From assembly GCA_973895155.1 (NCBI GenBank), contig OZ316897.1, positions 5,717,327-5,781,326 on the forward strand: a stretch of 64,000 nt of DNA. Reading direction: 5' to 3'. This stretch comes from Marsupella aquatica. Its lineage: Eukaryota > Plantae > Marchantiophyta. The translations under genes and the position numbers were made by a program. A model generated the notes under the pieces. The model did no database searches and had not been told where the DNA came from. It saw nothing but the letters and a program-made list of their open reading frames with translations. This document shows, one piece after another, positions 35,039 through 46,657 of this stretch (position 1 is the first letter of the stretch; every line of letters starts with the position of its first letter).

Positions 35039-35473
35039 GTACCATGGACGAGCTTCTCCCTGCATCACTCCTGGGAGGACGGTTAGCTTAATGGTGTCTT
35101 CCCCATTGGCCTTAGCAGTAGCTTCAAACTCGTCCAACCATTCGTTCGGATCATCCCCATGATGCCCTTTGAAAGGTCGATAATGAAACCGCGACCGTTG
35201 TGATATTTGTGGGGAGCTGGGGCAGCGCGAGCCACAGCAGGTGGCACGGTTGCCATAGGTACCGGAGGCGGTGGTACGTGGCACTAGCGGTGGTGTAGCA
35301 GGGACTGGAGCAGGACCGGCTGGACCGGACCCCGAAGGTCCCGGTGGTATGTTCATTCGCCGAGGCAATTTCGAATCTTCCGAGCCTGAAGAGTCAAAGC
35401 TTGTTGTGGTTGCACTCTCTCGTTCACTGGTCAATCTCCTCAAGTAAGCTGCTTGAGAACGAGTGACGGGCAT
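35039..35473 (-). pseudogene. Element B gag N-terminus (continues at 31027-31004, then 15179 downward)
   Basis: MPVTRSQ...YRPFKGHHGDDPNEWLDEFEATAKANG...GEARPWY, a retrotransposon capsid motif. Confidence 0.88.
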
Positions 35474-35571
35474 TTACTTGTACAAATGTGATGGTTAGTA
35501 ACTCACTAGGGTCTAGTGTACTCTGTCTAGGTGCACCCGCACATGTCTCCCCTCTACTATACGTAGAGTGC

Positions 35572-35589
35572 CCCCTCCATCTAGCGCCA
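35572..35589 (-). promoter_or_regulatory. PBS of element B, complementary to the 3' end of tRNA-Asn
   Basis: TGGCGCTAGATGGAGGGG, 13 nt from the LTR end; one mismatch to the plant tRNA-Asn end CCCCTCCTTCTAGCGCCA as I recall it. Confidence 0.85.
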
Positions 35590-36473
35590 AAAACAAAGGC
35601 TATGTCACGTCGTCAGCCTAGGCCTTAACCCGGGCTTCGGCTTAGACAGGCACATCCTTTGTCAATATGAGGGTTCGGGCAGGGAGGGAGGCACGGAATG
35701 CACCTAACTCACATAAACTAGCGCTAAGTGCGCCTATTGTCATATATGGACACCTCTTAGGTATGGTTTGTGTTCCGCCATCGGAATGTACCTCAGTCGA
35801 TAGCAGGATCGACCCCGGCTTACAAGCTTCTAAGCCTTTGTGTTGTCCGTCTTTGATCCGGATTTGATGGTATGGGTACTCAACCCGGGCTCGCAACCAC
35901 TTACCCGCAAGTTGAACCCGGTGCACGACTTGGGTAGTGCGTTCGGCCAAGCGTTGGCACCTATACACAAGATTCACACATATACATACGCACAAGCATA
36001 CAATCTCAATTTACACGAAGGAAATAATGGGAAAGGATTTTACTACATAGGAGACATATGCGTACACTTAGTTGACCCGAAAGCTCTAGAATGAACAGGT
36101 CCGAGGCCGCGGGTGTACACTACAACAGAGCCCGGCTCTGCACTCACCCAGCGAGCTTAGTCCTACACCCTCCCCTTGGTACTCTTTCACTCCCAGAGGT
36201 CGGGACTCCCCGCACATACCGTGGATGTCCAACACTGAGACTAAAAATCCCCCTGTCTCTACCGAGGGGTGCACTAAATACTAAGGGCCGAGGAATGGAG
36301 TGCCCTTGCGCCCGAAGATTCGCTAACTAAGGTCCTAACTAAGCTGGCTGTCAGGCCGTAAAACAGCTTGTCTTATTAGAAGATCCTAATCTACGCAGGT
36401 TGTACAGCATGGCAGTGCTGCTTTAACTAGGGCAGGTGCTTGTCCCTATAGCCTAATTTAGCTACTCCTAACT

Positions 36474-39400
36474 CTATTTTAATTGTACTCCGCCTCTAAT
36501 GCCTGGCACGTTGCCAGAGCCGCCTGAGTGGGAGCGGCTATCCCGCTGCCTTTTGAGCCTATCGACGTCCTGCTTGAGTAGCTGGACCTGGTCCAGCAGA
36601 GATTTGTTCTCCCGCTTCACCGCGTCTGCCTCTTCCGCGGCCTCCTGGCATGCCTCCTCCAGTTGTTGGGTGTCGCTTGTCAGCTTATCCACCAACTGGG
36701 CCTATTTCGTGACTTCTCCTTGAAGCCGCGCCATCTCTGCCTTCAGGGTGTCAATCTTGACTGTGTCCCATTGAGACCTGGAGTCAGCTTCCTCCAGATC
36801 CTTTTGCCAACTGACGGATTGCCCCTTCAAACCATCAATCTTGGTTCGGAGCCGCACAATCTCGACGTCCTTTCCGAGCCCGGCTTGTACTACTAACGCT
36901 GCTTGGGCCCTAGCCTTGGCAACCTGGTCCTCCGTGGCCGTTACCAGAGGCCATAGTTGCTAGAGTTCAGCCTCCAGGGTTGCCACTTTGTCCTTCAGGT
37001 AGGCAGACTCAACCCGATATTGCTCTATTCTCTGCGCTGTCTCTGCCTGCGCATGTCCTGCCCTTACAGCCACAACCAACTCCTGGTTGAAGAAGTAGGC
37101 CACCCTCCGGGCCATGTATTCCCTGGTGTCCCGAGAGATCTGTTGCGAGAAATCTCCCAACAACCCGTTCAGAAATGTGCCCGACGCAAAGAGTTCCAGA
37201 TGGTCTAGATTGTGTCCATCTGGATTCGGGCACGGGCAGACTCCAACCCGTGCGGGAGTGGGAGTGGACATATCCAGCCCTTGAGGTAAGTCGGTCGAAG
37301 GGGCTGGTTCCACTGGAGGCGGGCGGTTCTCCTGCACGACCGTAGGGGGTGGCGGAATCCCCTCGGCTATCGTGGCATCTGCTTTGGGTATGGCTTCATC
37401 CGGCCCGGTTTTGATTGCATTGAGTCGTAGAACTCGACTACCTTAACACTTAGCTCCGGCGTCACTGACTTCGACGCCGAGCTCCCTTATGGTCCAGGCC
37501 CGGATAGGCCATCCATGGAGGACTTAGCATGGGGAGACTTGTGGGCAATGAGACGTGGCACTAGCGAGGCATGGGGCCAAGCTGGAGACACAGACTAAGG
37601 ACTTGGACTAGCCTATGGCTGGTTGGGTCAAGGGGAAATGGGCCGGGCTCAAGGGTGGTCGTACGGACCATCGGATGGGCTTTGAGTTTTGAGGGCATGG
37701 GAGTGAGCTCCTCTTGGGCCCAAGGCCAATGGAGTTGATCCCATTGGCAACGGACGCTTGGGGCGCAAGTTGTGGCCCGAGTTGGGTTGGGCCGGTCGGG
37801 GGCCCCGAGCGGCGATCAGACCTGAGAGCCTAGGCATGAGCACTGGGTCGGCCCGGTCACAACGGGCTAAGGCACTCCGCTTGCGGATGCCTATCAAGAA
37901 AGTTATGGGCGTTGCCAATTGGTGGCGCGCCCATTATGCGCGATGGGATCCGGGTTGGGGGCCAAATGTTTAGGGACCAAAGCTGGTCCGGGGGCGGCAG
38001 GTCTCCAGAAGCATATATGAGGGGAGTGGTGTCTCCCTGGGGGCTAAGGGCGAGCCGAAGTCGTGAGCCGCGGCGATCGCGACACTAAGGGAAACCGCCA
38101 AACAGAAATGGCGATATCTTCCCAACGGGAAGTCCATTGGAGGACTTCTTAGGTGCGTTGGAAAGCCCTTGAGGAGGGCTACGCCCTCTTGAGCTCAGAT
38201 GGGTCTGGGGGTGCCATTGATGCTCGTGGTTTGCGGGTGTTAGCTCACCCGTTTGCCAAATCCTGCCGAACAGCAGCCAAGCCGCGTTCAGCCTCCCAAG
38301 GGAGCTTGCATTGGGGAAGCAAGGCCAAGTAGGTATGGAGGCTGAGTCCCAAGGGTGCTCGGTCCCTAGACCATCAATGGGGCAAACCGGGAGTTGGTGT
38401 TAGAGTCGGGCCCGTTCTGGTCCGGCGTGTTGAGACAAGCTTGGGACAAGCTTTAGGACAAGCTACGCTAATTGGGCCATGAGCATGTCCTGAGGTCAGG
38501 GCGGTCAGTTGGTGATGGATAGGTATGAGGGGGATCCCTTGGCCGCGCCCAAGGAAGGAGCTGTCCTGGATGGACAGTGGGCGTGGGTTCTGGTTCCGGC
38601 TTATGGCATCGGGAGGACCTATCACTGACCTATTTACCAACGTCTGTTGAGCTTGAGTTAGGATGCTAGACTTGACGAGTTCTAGATCCAAAGGGGTTAC
38701 TTACCAAGGTGCTTGGTTGTTTGTGCAGACAATGAGGACCGTTGAGTAGCGGTCGTGTAGGTGAGCAAGTGCGGCTTCGTATGGGAGTGGCCGTTGGTGG
38801 TGCTAGGGGCACTTGGACGCTTGCTCGAGGTATTCCGTGGAGGCGTTCGGGCACCAAGGGCACTTAGGCACAAGTGTTGGGATTGGTGAGGGCGCTGGGT
38901 GGCAAGGTCCACCACTCATTGTCCCGATTGATTGCATCTAAGGTTGCGATAATGTCAATGGGTATGCTTGGCGGGGCGGCAGCATCGGGTTGTGGGGCCG
39001 GGGTAGCAGGGCTTGCAGCTGCCAGACTTCGCGGTCGCCTCACTTGGGCTGGGAAAACCCATTTTGGCGGGGTCAGCTCGGGCTCGTTGAGACGCAGAAG
39101 GCTTCGGCGGTCAAAATGAATGTACCACTCGATGATGATTTTGATGTGGCTAGCAAAGTACGCCCTTCCGCCAAGGTACAAAGTCTTCCTTCTCCGCTCC
39201 ATCTCCTCGTGGAACTTCTTGACGAAGAAGGACGCCTTCCTGGGCTGATAGTTCTCCACCTGGATGACCTGAGCGGCCGATATTTCTCCTCTCGGTTCCA
39301 TCATGTGGAGGGCATACCGCTGGAACTCCAGGCATTCTGCAACCTCCGGGATGAGGCACATCCTCATTAAGAACCCATTGTCCACTACCCCCTTGGCTGG

Positions 39401-40584
39401 GAAGCTAGATGACTGGTATTTAGCTCCCTTGCCCCCAGGAGCCCGTGATTCTACCCGGTTTATCCCCTCGGGTAAGCCAAAAATCATCTTCAGACGTGCC
39501 TCCTTGAGACACATTACTCTCCCATGCGCTCGGGTTTGTTGACGGGCCTCGTCGAAGTTCTAAATGAACTCCGTCATATCCTGCCCGTAGTACCTGCTTC
39601 CGTTCCAAGGGAGAGAGGCGAGGTGCTCAAACCCTTGGGTCTTCAGATAGCATGCATGCTTGGGGTGGAGGATGTTCTTGTGAACGTTGTCCCCCATGCG
39701 ATGCATGGTCAGCTTGGCTACCGCAAACGTGGCCAAAGGCAACTCGGATACGGTTGCGGGCTCCTTCCTCTTCCTACCCCGAGACTGATTCCTGGGGTGA
39801 CTAGAAGAGGGGGATATCTCTCCATCCTCTCGGTCCGGTGGTGGTAGCGCAACTGCCGTGAATATTGGTGCCAAGGCCGCTAGAGTTACCGTGTTATCCC
39901 TCGGGCTTGCTGGAGTGGTGCTGAGTTGTTCGGCGCTTGTTGAGTCGTACCCCGCGGCCGTCAATTCAGAGGAGGGTGAGCCTCCTCATCTTTGGAGCTA
40001 ATATTCACCGCATTCACCATGGATCGTACTCGGAGAGGTGGTGGGACTGGTGGCAGGGACCGGCTTGGCTGAGGCCGAGGAGGTGTAGGTGCGGGTACGG
40101 GCACGGGTTGGCCGGCACTGGTCGCTGATGGTAGAGTTGCCGTGAAGTTCTACAGGTGCCGGTGGAGGTTTTTCGAAGCAAGTGAAGACGGCCCTGTCGA
40201 CCGGGCAGTGTTGAACTCGCTATTGATGATAGCCCGGACCCGAGCAGGGATGTGGTCAAAGTGGTGCCGCTGCAAGTCAATCGTGCCCGAGATATTGAAG
40301 ACCTCATCCGAAAGCCGAAGCAATGCTTCCCAGAAGCCGATGTATTTGCCTCCGTCGAAGTACTCTGATACTTCTTTGGGTCGGTAAAGCTCGCTCTAGG
40401 ATGGGTAATCAAAGTTAAGGAGATAGTGGTGTCGTCCTGCTAGGCGGATGACTCTCTCGTATTCGCGTTCGATCTCTTATCGGCGCGGGTTGGCATGTTT
40501 CAATGAGTCGGCCAAGTGCCCTCCGATAGACAGGAACTGAGTCCAGAATTGTATGGCCAAACTGGAAAGGATCGTGTGCGACAT
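36474..40584 (-). pseudogene. Decayed copy of the LTR-encoded accessory gene
   Basis: ORF fragments 39560..39964, 38864..39514, 36960..37337 and 36474..36695 align with the 863-aa protein; ATG at 40584. Confidence 0.87.
37423..38916 (+). mobile_element. 1494-bp AGT...ACT element (copy 3)
   Basis: TSD CATTG (37418-37422, 38917-38921). Confidence 0.92.
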
Positions 40585-41974
40585 TCAAAGGAGATAGCAG
40601 GTGACTAAGGAAAAAGCGAGAGAGCCGGGGTCAAAATTGGCGCGTGGACTGAAGAACTGGTGCACTGCAAAGGATCGGCCCACTTTTATACCCTGAGAGC
40701 TCATCGATCGCCCGACATCTCCTTGTCGCTTATAGGCCGAGCCTTTCACGCTCGCAGTGTACCGGCCCCTTCGCTGGTACGGGTCAGCTCATGTCAGTGG
40801 CCACCTCCCGGAGTTTGTTATACGGACCAAGGGAGGGGGAAAGGGGGCCCATTACATGCTCGCAGTCCGGGCGTGCGAATGGCGACCCGCCGCCAGCCCG
40901 AACATGAATTCCCCTTATTGACTAATGATTTCCTACTCATAACGGCTACCTAAATACTGTCATTATGCTAATAATAATAGCCTAAGATACCCCTAATGCG
41001 CATGCTAAGCGCGGTTAGACCAAATCACTCATTACACAACTAGATTTTGTTGCGTCGGATGCTAACAATACCTCCTCATAATCGTTGTTAATATAATTAA
41101 CGACTTCCATGACTACGTTTATAACTACATCCGACGTAACGGCAATGTCGGAGAAATCTAAGCGCCAATTGCCCCCATTTTAACATCGCTAGAAACACGT
41201 TTAAAATTAACGTCTCTAGATGAGCTGTCCTAAATGTCGTTTTGGTCGTCGTTCAATATTAACATCGTATTAGAGGACGTAATGTGTTTAGGGTATAACG
41301 ACTGTGATGCCTAGACAGGAATCACTCGGCCAGTTAAGTGGGTAAAGCAGGAAGGCACCCTAGGAACACCTTAGTATAGGGACAAAACAAGGAAAATATA
41401 AACCATTAGGGGCAACCATGGAACCCGGGCCGAGGCCGGAGGTAAGGACGCTGAGGGTGAAAACTCGATTAGGGTTAGGGCGCGTTAAGCATCGGCGGCT
41501 AGGAAGGATCAACGGGAAGAAGGACCGGCAGAGGAGAGTGGTAAGGAGCGCTTGCAGGAGATGGTGGCTCATTTGCGAACACGAACTAGGCAGACGACTA
41601 CGGGAGGCCAACTACTGTCAGCTGCTTAGGCAAGCACTCGGGGAGAGAGTAGATACCGACGATCAACCTAAGGAGGGTATGAGCAACGTCAATCAAGCGA
41701 CACATTTCTGGGGATGCCTATTCGAACGGGCAACTGAGTACATCAAGACTTACGAGGACGAGGAATCAGAAAGGGCAGCTCGAGAACGGCAGGAGCTCGC
41801 TCGATTGTGGGAGCTGCAGAAGACGGCTTTCTTAGGAGGCGAACTCATCAAGGACGAGTTCCTGTGGACGCCTACCTCCAATCAACTCGACGATCTTCTG
41901 TTTTGCAAAGACAACGTCGTCGGCATCCGAGAGGCCATCAACACTAGAAGAATCCGAGGTGAACTGAGATCGCA

Positions 41975-42295
41975 ATATATGACTCATTTTGGCTCATGTG
42001 ACTTCATTGTGACTCAACGTGACTTGACCCACTCTGTGACCCTTGGAGTTGCAAAAGTTGAGACCAAAAAATGGAAGTCACTATTGATACTGGGCTTTGC
42101 AACTTGCTTGATACCCATTTGTGACTGATCTGTGACTTTATTGTGGAGTCTAGCCTTGTTTCGACGTGACTGCAATATGACTTCAGCGAGTCACATCATA
42201 AGTCACATACATGACTTACCCGCATTCAACAACGACTAGCGTGTGACTATTTAGTGTCACAAGAGAGACCAATGGAGACCCTGGCCCGCGTCACA
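41975..42295. repeat. CACTA subterminal repeats (TGTGACT/ATGACT, both orientations)
   Basis: More than 12 copies near the left TIR and a few near the right TIR (about 59110-59215). Confidence 0.8.
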
Positions 42296-42807
42296 CAACA
42301 GAACCATTTGGGACTCTATATACTCATGTTTATAACTAATAAGGTTCACATGCAAGTTATAACCATGACTAATGAACACAGAGGGACAGTTCATAAGGAG
42401 AGAGAGCACTCGACATTACAATACATAGAAACCTGATGTTCTAACTTTAGAAATATAACACATTGAATACAAGAAATGAACATAGCATGAATGACATCCA
42501 CATGAAACAAAGCATCATATAAGCAGATCCTACATAAAACATTCATAAGAATTAAACACAATCACAATCTTGCTAAAAAATGAAGATCATTTGAATTCCA
42601 ATGGAATAGTTTACAATGTGATCAATGTAATTTAGACAAAACAGGAACTCATAATTGATGACTGTAGGATGAGATAACTGAAAGCACATGCATGATACTA
42701 TGAATCTCCAAGAGGACATGATTCTTGTACTGCTTCTTGACATCTAAAATCTACATAACATGACTCACACTACAAACAAATAATGACATGACATTGTTAT
42801 GGATCCT

Positions 42808-45800
42808 CTATGAACTTGCTTGGCCATAATACCAAAGAACCTGCAGCATCTCCAAGTGTCTTTTGAGGAGGATCATCATTGTGTTTGGAATGGGAAGGAC
42901 AGTTTTAGGTTTCACTAGTAATGTGACTAACACTACTGAATAACCTGGGGGAATCCTCTTGCCATGGAACGTTGTGGAACCAACCTGCACTCTGGCAAAT
43001 CCTACTCGTGTTCCACTCTCATCAACAGCTAACAAGCCACTTTGTCCCTCAGCATTAGGTGCTTTCCCCACTTCCACCTTAGATCTTTCTGCCAGCACTG
43101 TTCTTGGAGGTTTGTATGAAACCTTTGACGTGGCTCTGCTCCCACCAGCAGACTTGCTTCGTGTGCGCATGCTTCCTCTCTTCACAGTAGTGAAGCTAGG
43201 CTCAGTAGGTTCCTCTGTTAGGACTGTCACAGTAGCAGGTTCATCACCTGGGAGTGTCATACCAACTAACTCTTTGGTTGGATTTATCTCAACAAGAGGC
43301 ACACCTGTCATTGAGAATGATACATTCTGCAAATCATTTATCTCTGCAATGGAGTCAAGATCTACATAGCATGAATCTGGCTCAATGGTATCATTGTCAT
43401 GCTTGCTGATATCCTCATTTGCCCCAACATTGATATCATCCACTCCCTTGCCAATGTCATCCTCATCCAAACATGGTTGACTGCCCTCTGTCAAACAAGT
43501 TGCTTGTACAGACTGCAACTTTGTTGCCTCTAAATTACAGCGAGTATTTGCCAGGTTCTCATACTTCTTCTTTGTAGCACCTGTCTTATTCTCTATGGAC
43601 ACAACAACCACAATATATGTTACTGAAAATAACACATTCAACAAACAATGTCAATTCAAACTATACATTTAATAATCATATCCCACACAGTTGTAAAGGC
43701 CTTACCTTCAAGCCTACATGTCGTTGGCATGCCAGAAGAGTGCATCGACTTTGCCACCTCAAGTGGTGATGGTGGAACTCCTGCAGAATTGGAATCAATT
43801 TTATCTCTCACCGACACAACAGCTTCCATTAATGTCTTGAAGTTCACATGGAACAAGTCAGTCAATGAATTCAAACGGTCATTGATCTCTGGAAGACATG
43901 TTTCGACAGCCTTCAAACGACCACTTATCTCTGTAAGTGAAGATCCACCTCCCTACATGACACAGGGGTATAGGTTCAATCACTCCATATGAAATGTTGG
44001 GCAATATATGCACAATCAATGTTATATACAGTGTACACCTGAAATTCAACGCAGGTCATTCAATTACCAATCAGAACTCATATAACTTACATGCTTGGAG
44101 GATTCAGATGCACCCTCTTGAGCCCGGGTGTTCACAATTTCAGCCCTCAACTCTTCTTTTGAAGGGCTTTGCCCCAATTGGGCTTTCTGCACATGCATGG
44201 CAAACACAAGTTATCGATCAATATTCAGGGAACGTACACTAAAAAACAAAGTTTACATGTATGGGTTTACACTAAAAAATAGTACATAGTGTAGCATAAA
44301 TTACATAGCTAGGCCATTCATTCTTACCAAACGTTTAGCTGTCGGTGCAGTGCCGGTCCTTCCTGTCAGATTAGGGTTTTGAACACTCAACCTGGCCTCG
44401 GTCATCTGTGAACTCTTCTTTTTTGAAGCATCTGTTACAAAATAAGCTACTAACCTTGCCCACACTTTATCATCACAACTGGCTGGTGGAGGCATATCTG
44501 GCTTCTCCCCACCTTCCTTTCAAGCCTTATGCATTCTCCACCTCTCTTGCTTGATAATTTTACCTGCTGTACTCTCTAGGCAACCTATGTCCACGCCATC
44601 ATCACTGCCCACATAATTCCATTTGGCAGCAACATTTTCACATACAGTCTTCCAATCTTTTGGATGCTGTTTTTTAAAATTAATAAGACTCACATCTAAC
44701 CAACGCAATACTTCAGCTTTCAAATCAGCATGCCATCGGTTCTTGCGAGGACACTCAGCATCCACCCATTGTCTCTCATTCAACTTTACGTTCCCTTTGT
44801 TTGTCACCTCCCCTCGTGCACTGCTCTCGGTAGTACTGGGCGTTGTATTGGCCACCCCTTCATTCACCCTACCTGGGGTTCTGAAGCCACCTGGGAAAAT
44901 ACAATGCCATTCATGCTTGAGAACTACATATAGCAGAATGGATGACGGCAACATTCAATGCTTCACTTCAAGAAAAATTCTTCAAACATACATACCTGTA
45001 GCTCTGCCTGTAGATGCCTGTGCAGGGACTGCACTCTGAAATTGTTGCGACCCTGGACCACCTGTCCAGCCTAGTACAGGGGCCGGATGATGTCACTTTC
45101 TAGGTATGTGTGTGCAAACATATGTACTGAAAACTAAGTACAAACTGTAGGAAAACAACTAAACATTCACCGACATACCTATCCCCCTTCCGTGCTGCAT
45201 CTGCATAGGGGCATTAGTGAATACTTGAGTCGATGGTTCGACTGTCCAACCTACACACATACATTTTCTATCATTATACATGTGCAGAGTCCCCCCCACG
45301 TGAATGGACTCCACATATAATGAGTTCTTCCATTGCTGACAAGATCAGACATTACCTGCTCCTCTTCCAGAGTTTGTAGGTACTGAATTTTGATATCCCT
45401 GCCAATTACCTTCACCACCTTCCCAACCTTGTTCATTCCACGACCCACCACCATCCTCCCAACCTGGTTCAACCCATGTCTGTCCTTGTGGACATTGGAA
45501 CTGATCATTACTAGCATTTGCCCAATCAGGTTGGGCAGAATCTGCATGCAATGGCAGGTGGACAGAATTTCATGTTGTCTGAATCCAATACATCCCAAAC
45601 AATGTCAAAATTGATATGCAGTCTGAAATTCAGGAGTGCCATGCCTTCACAAAGAACTGGCATATAGATATATACTCACATCCCCATGGTTGAGGTGGAC
45701 GTCCATACCCACGAGATTGTGGGTTTGGACCTGCTCTGCCTCTACCACGGGCATAACCTAGAGCTTGCCCCCTGCCATAGTATTGGGCACCAGCCTGGGA

Positions 45801-46585
45801 TCTACCACTACTACCACCTCGCCAACCTTGATCAGAGGTCAGCCCCCCCTGCTGGTATGGTGCATGCACAGGCTTCGAAGGCAAAACAGAACTGGCAGGA
45901 CGCTGCATCACATCACCAACTACAATGTCAGGAACTAAGCAAGGTACATATGTGTAGTACTGAACATATGAACCCCCTAAACAAGAGTTTTTAACTCAAA
46001 ACCTTGTTGGGAAAACTACTTACATGTTTCTTTTGGGGCTGCTCTGCAATGTATTCATCTTCATAACCCCCATCCTCATCCATTTCCTCTGGAAAATACT
46101 CATCATCTGCATCTTCTTGTCTAGTGTCTGCACCCACCTGTGCAGCATCAATGTCATCTCCACATTCTGCCATTGTAGGTACGACCTTCTTGCTCAACCT
46201 GTCACTCCGACGCATAGGCCCAGAGATAGTGCTGGTCACCCTTCTTGCGTACTCCTTTTGTTTCTTTGAAAATGTTGTGGCTCTGCGACATTCCAATATG
46301 AGAATACAGTCACAATTTCAGTGCCACATTGAACTATTCATGTCACACAAACTCAGCGGAGGGGTGTAGTTGAGAATCGTTCCCTTACAATTCAGCCACA
46401 TCCTTTTCCAGATCCAGTTCTGCGATTTTGGCTTTCACGTATGCTCGTTGTTCCATAGCTTTCCTTTCATACTCACACATCTCTGTGTCACTCTGTTCCA
46501 TCCTACTGGACCACAAAAACATGTCATCTATGGTCACCCCGTATAACACAATGCAACCACAATCACCAGGCATCCATCCATACAT
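42808..46585 (-). pseudogene. CACTA TnpA/Ptta-like ORF2, multi-exon, partly decayed
   Basis: PPASCDDKVWARLVAYFVTDASKKKSSQMTEAR...TGRTG (Transposase_24-like); C-terminal FHGKRIPPGYSVVLV...VLPIPN; many GT-AG-bounded coding blocks. Confidence 0.7.
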
Positions 46586-46657
46586 CTGTGTTGCTTCAGA
46601 ATTACTTTATTACACATCCTTCCCCTCACTAATGTCCATGCAAACAATTCACATTAC

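Larger units (their letters stand above)
35603..41038 (-). repeat. 5' LTR of element B (about 3.94 kb after removing the AGT insert)
   Basis: Colinear with 31028-35038; ends TGTG...CGTGACA and is directly followed by PBS and gag. Confidence 0.87.

Noticed and set aside
41035-41302. CACAACTAGA followed by AACGAC/GTCGTT-rich DNA as a possible further CACTA end
   Set aside because: Unresolved. The CACA is equally explained as the LTR B terminus after loss of a 19-bp hairpin present in copy A, and no partner TIR is visible.
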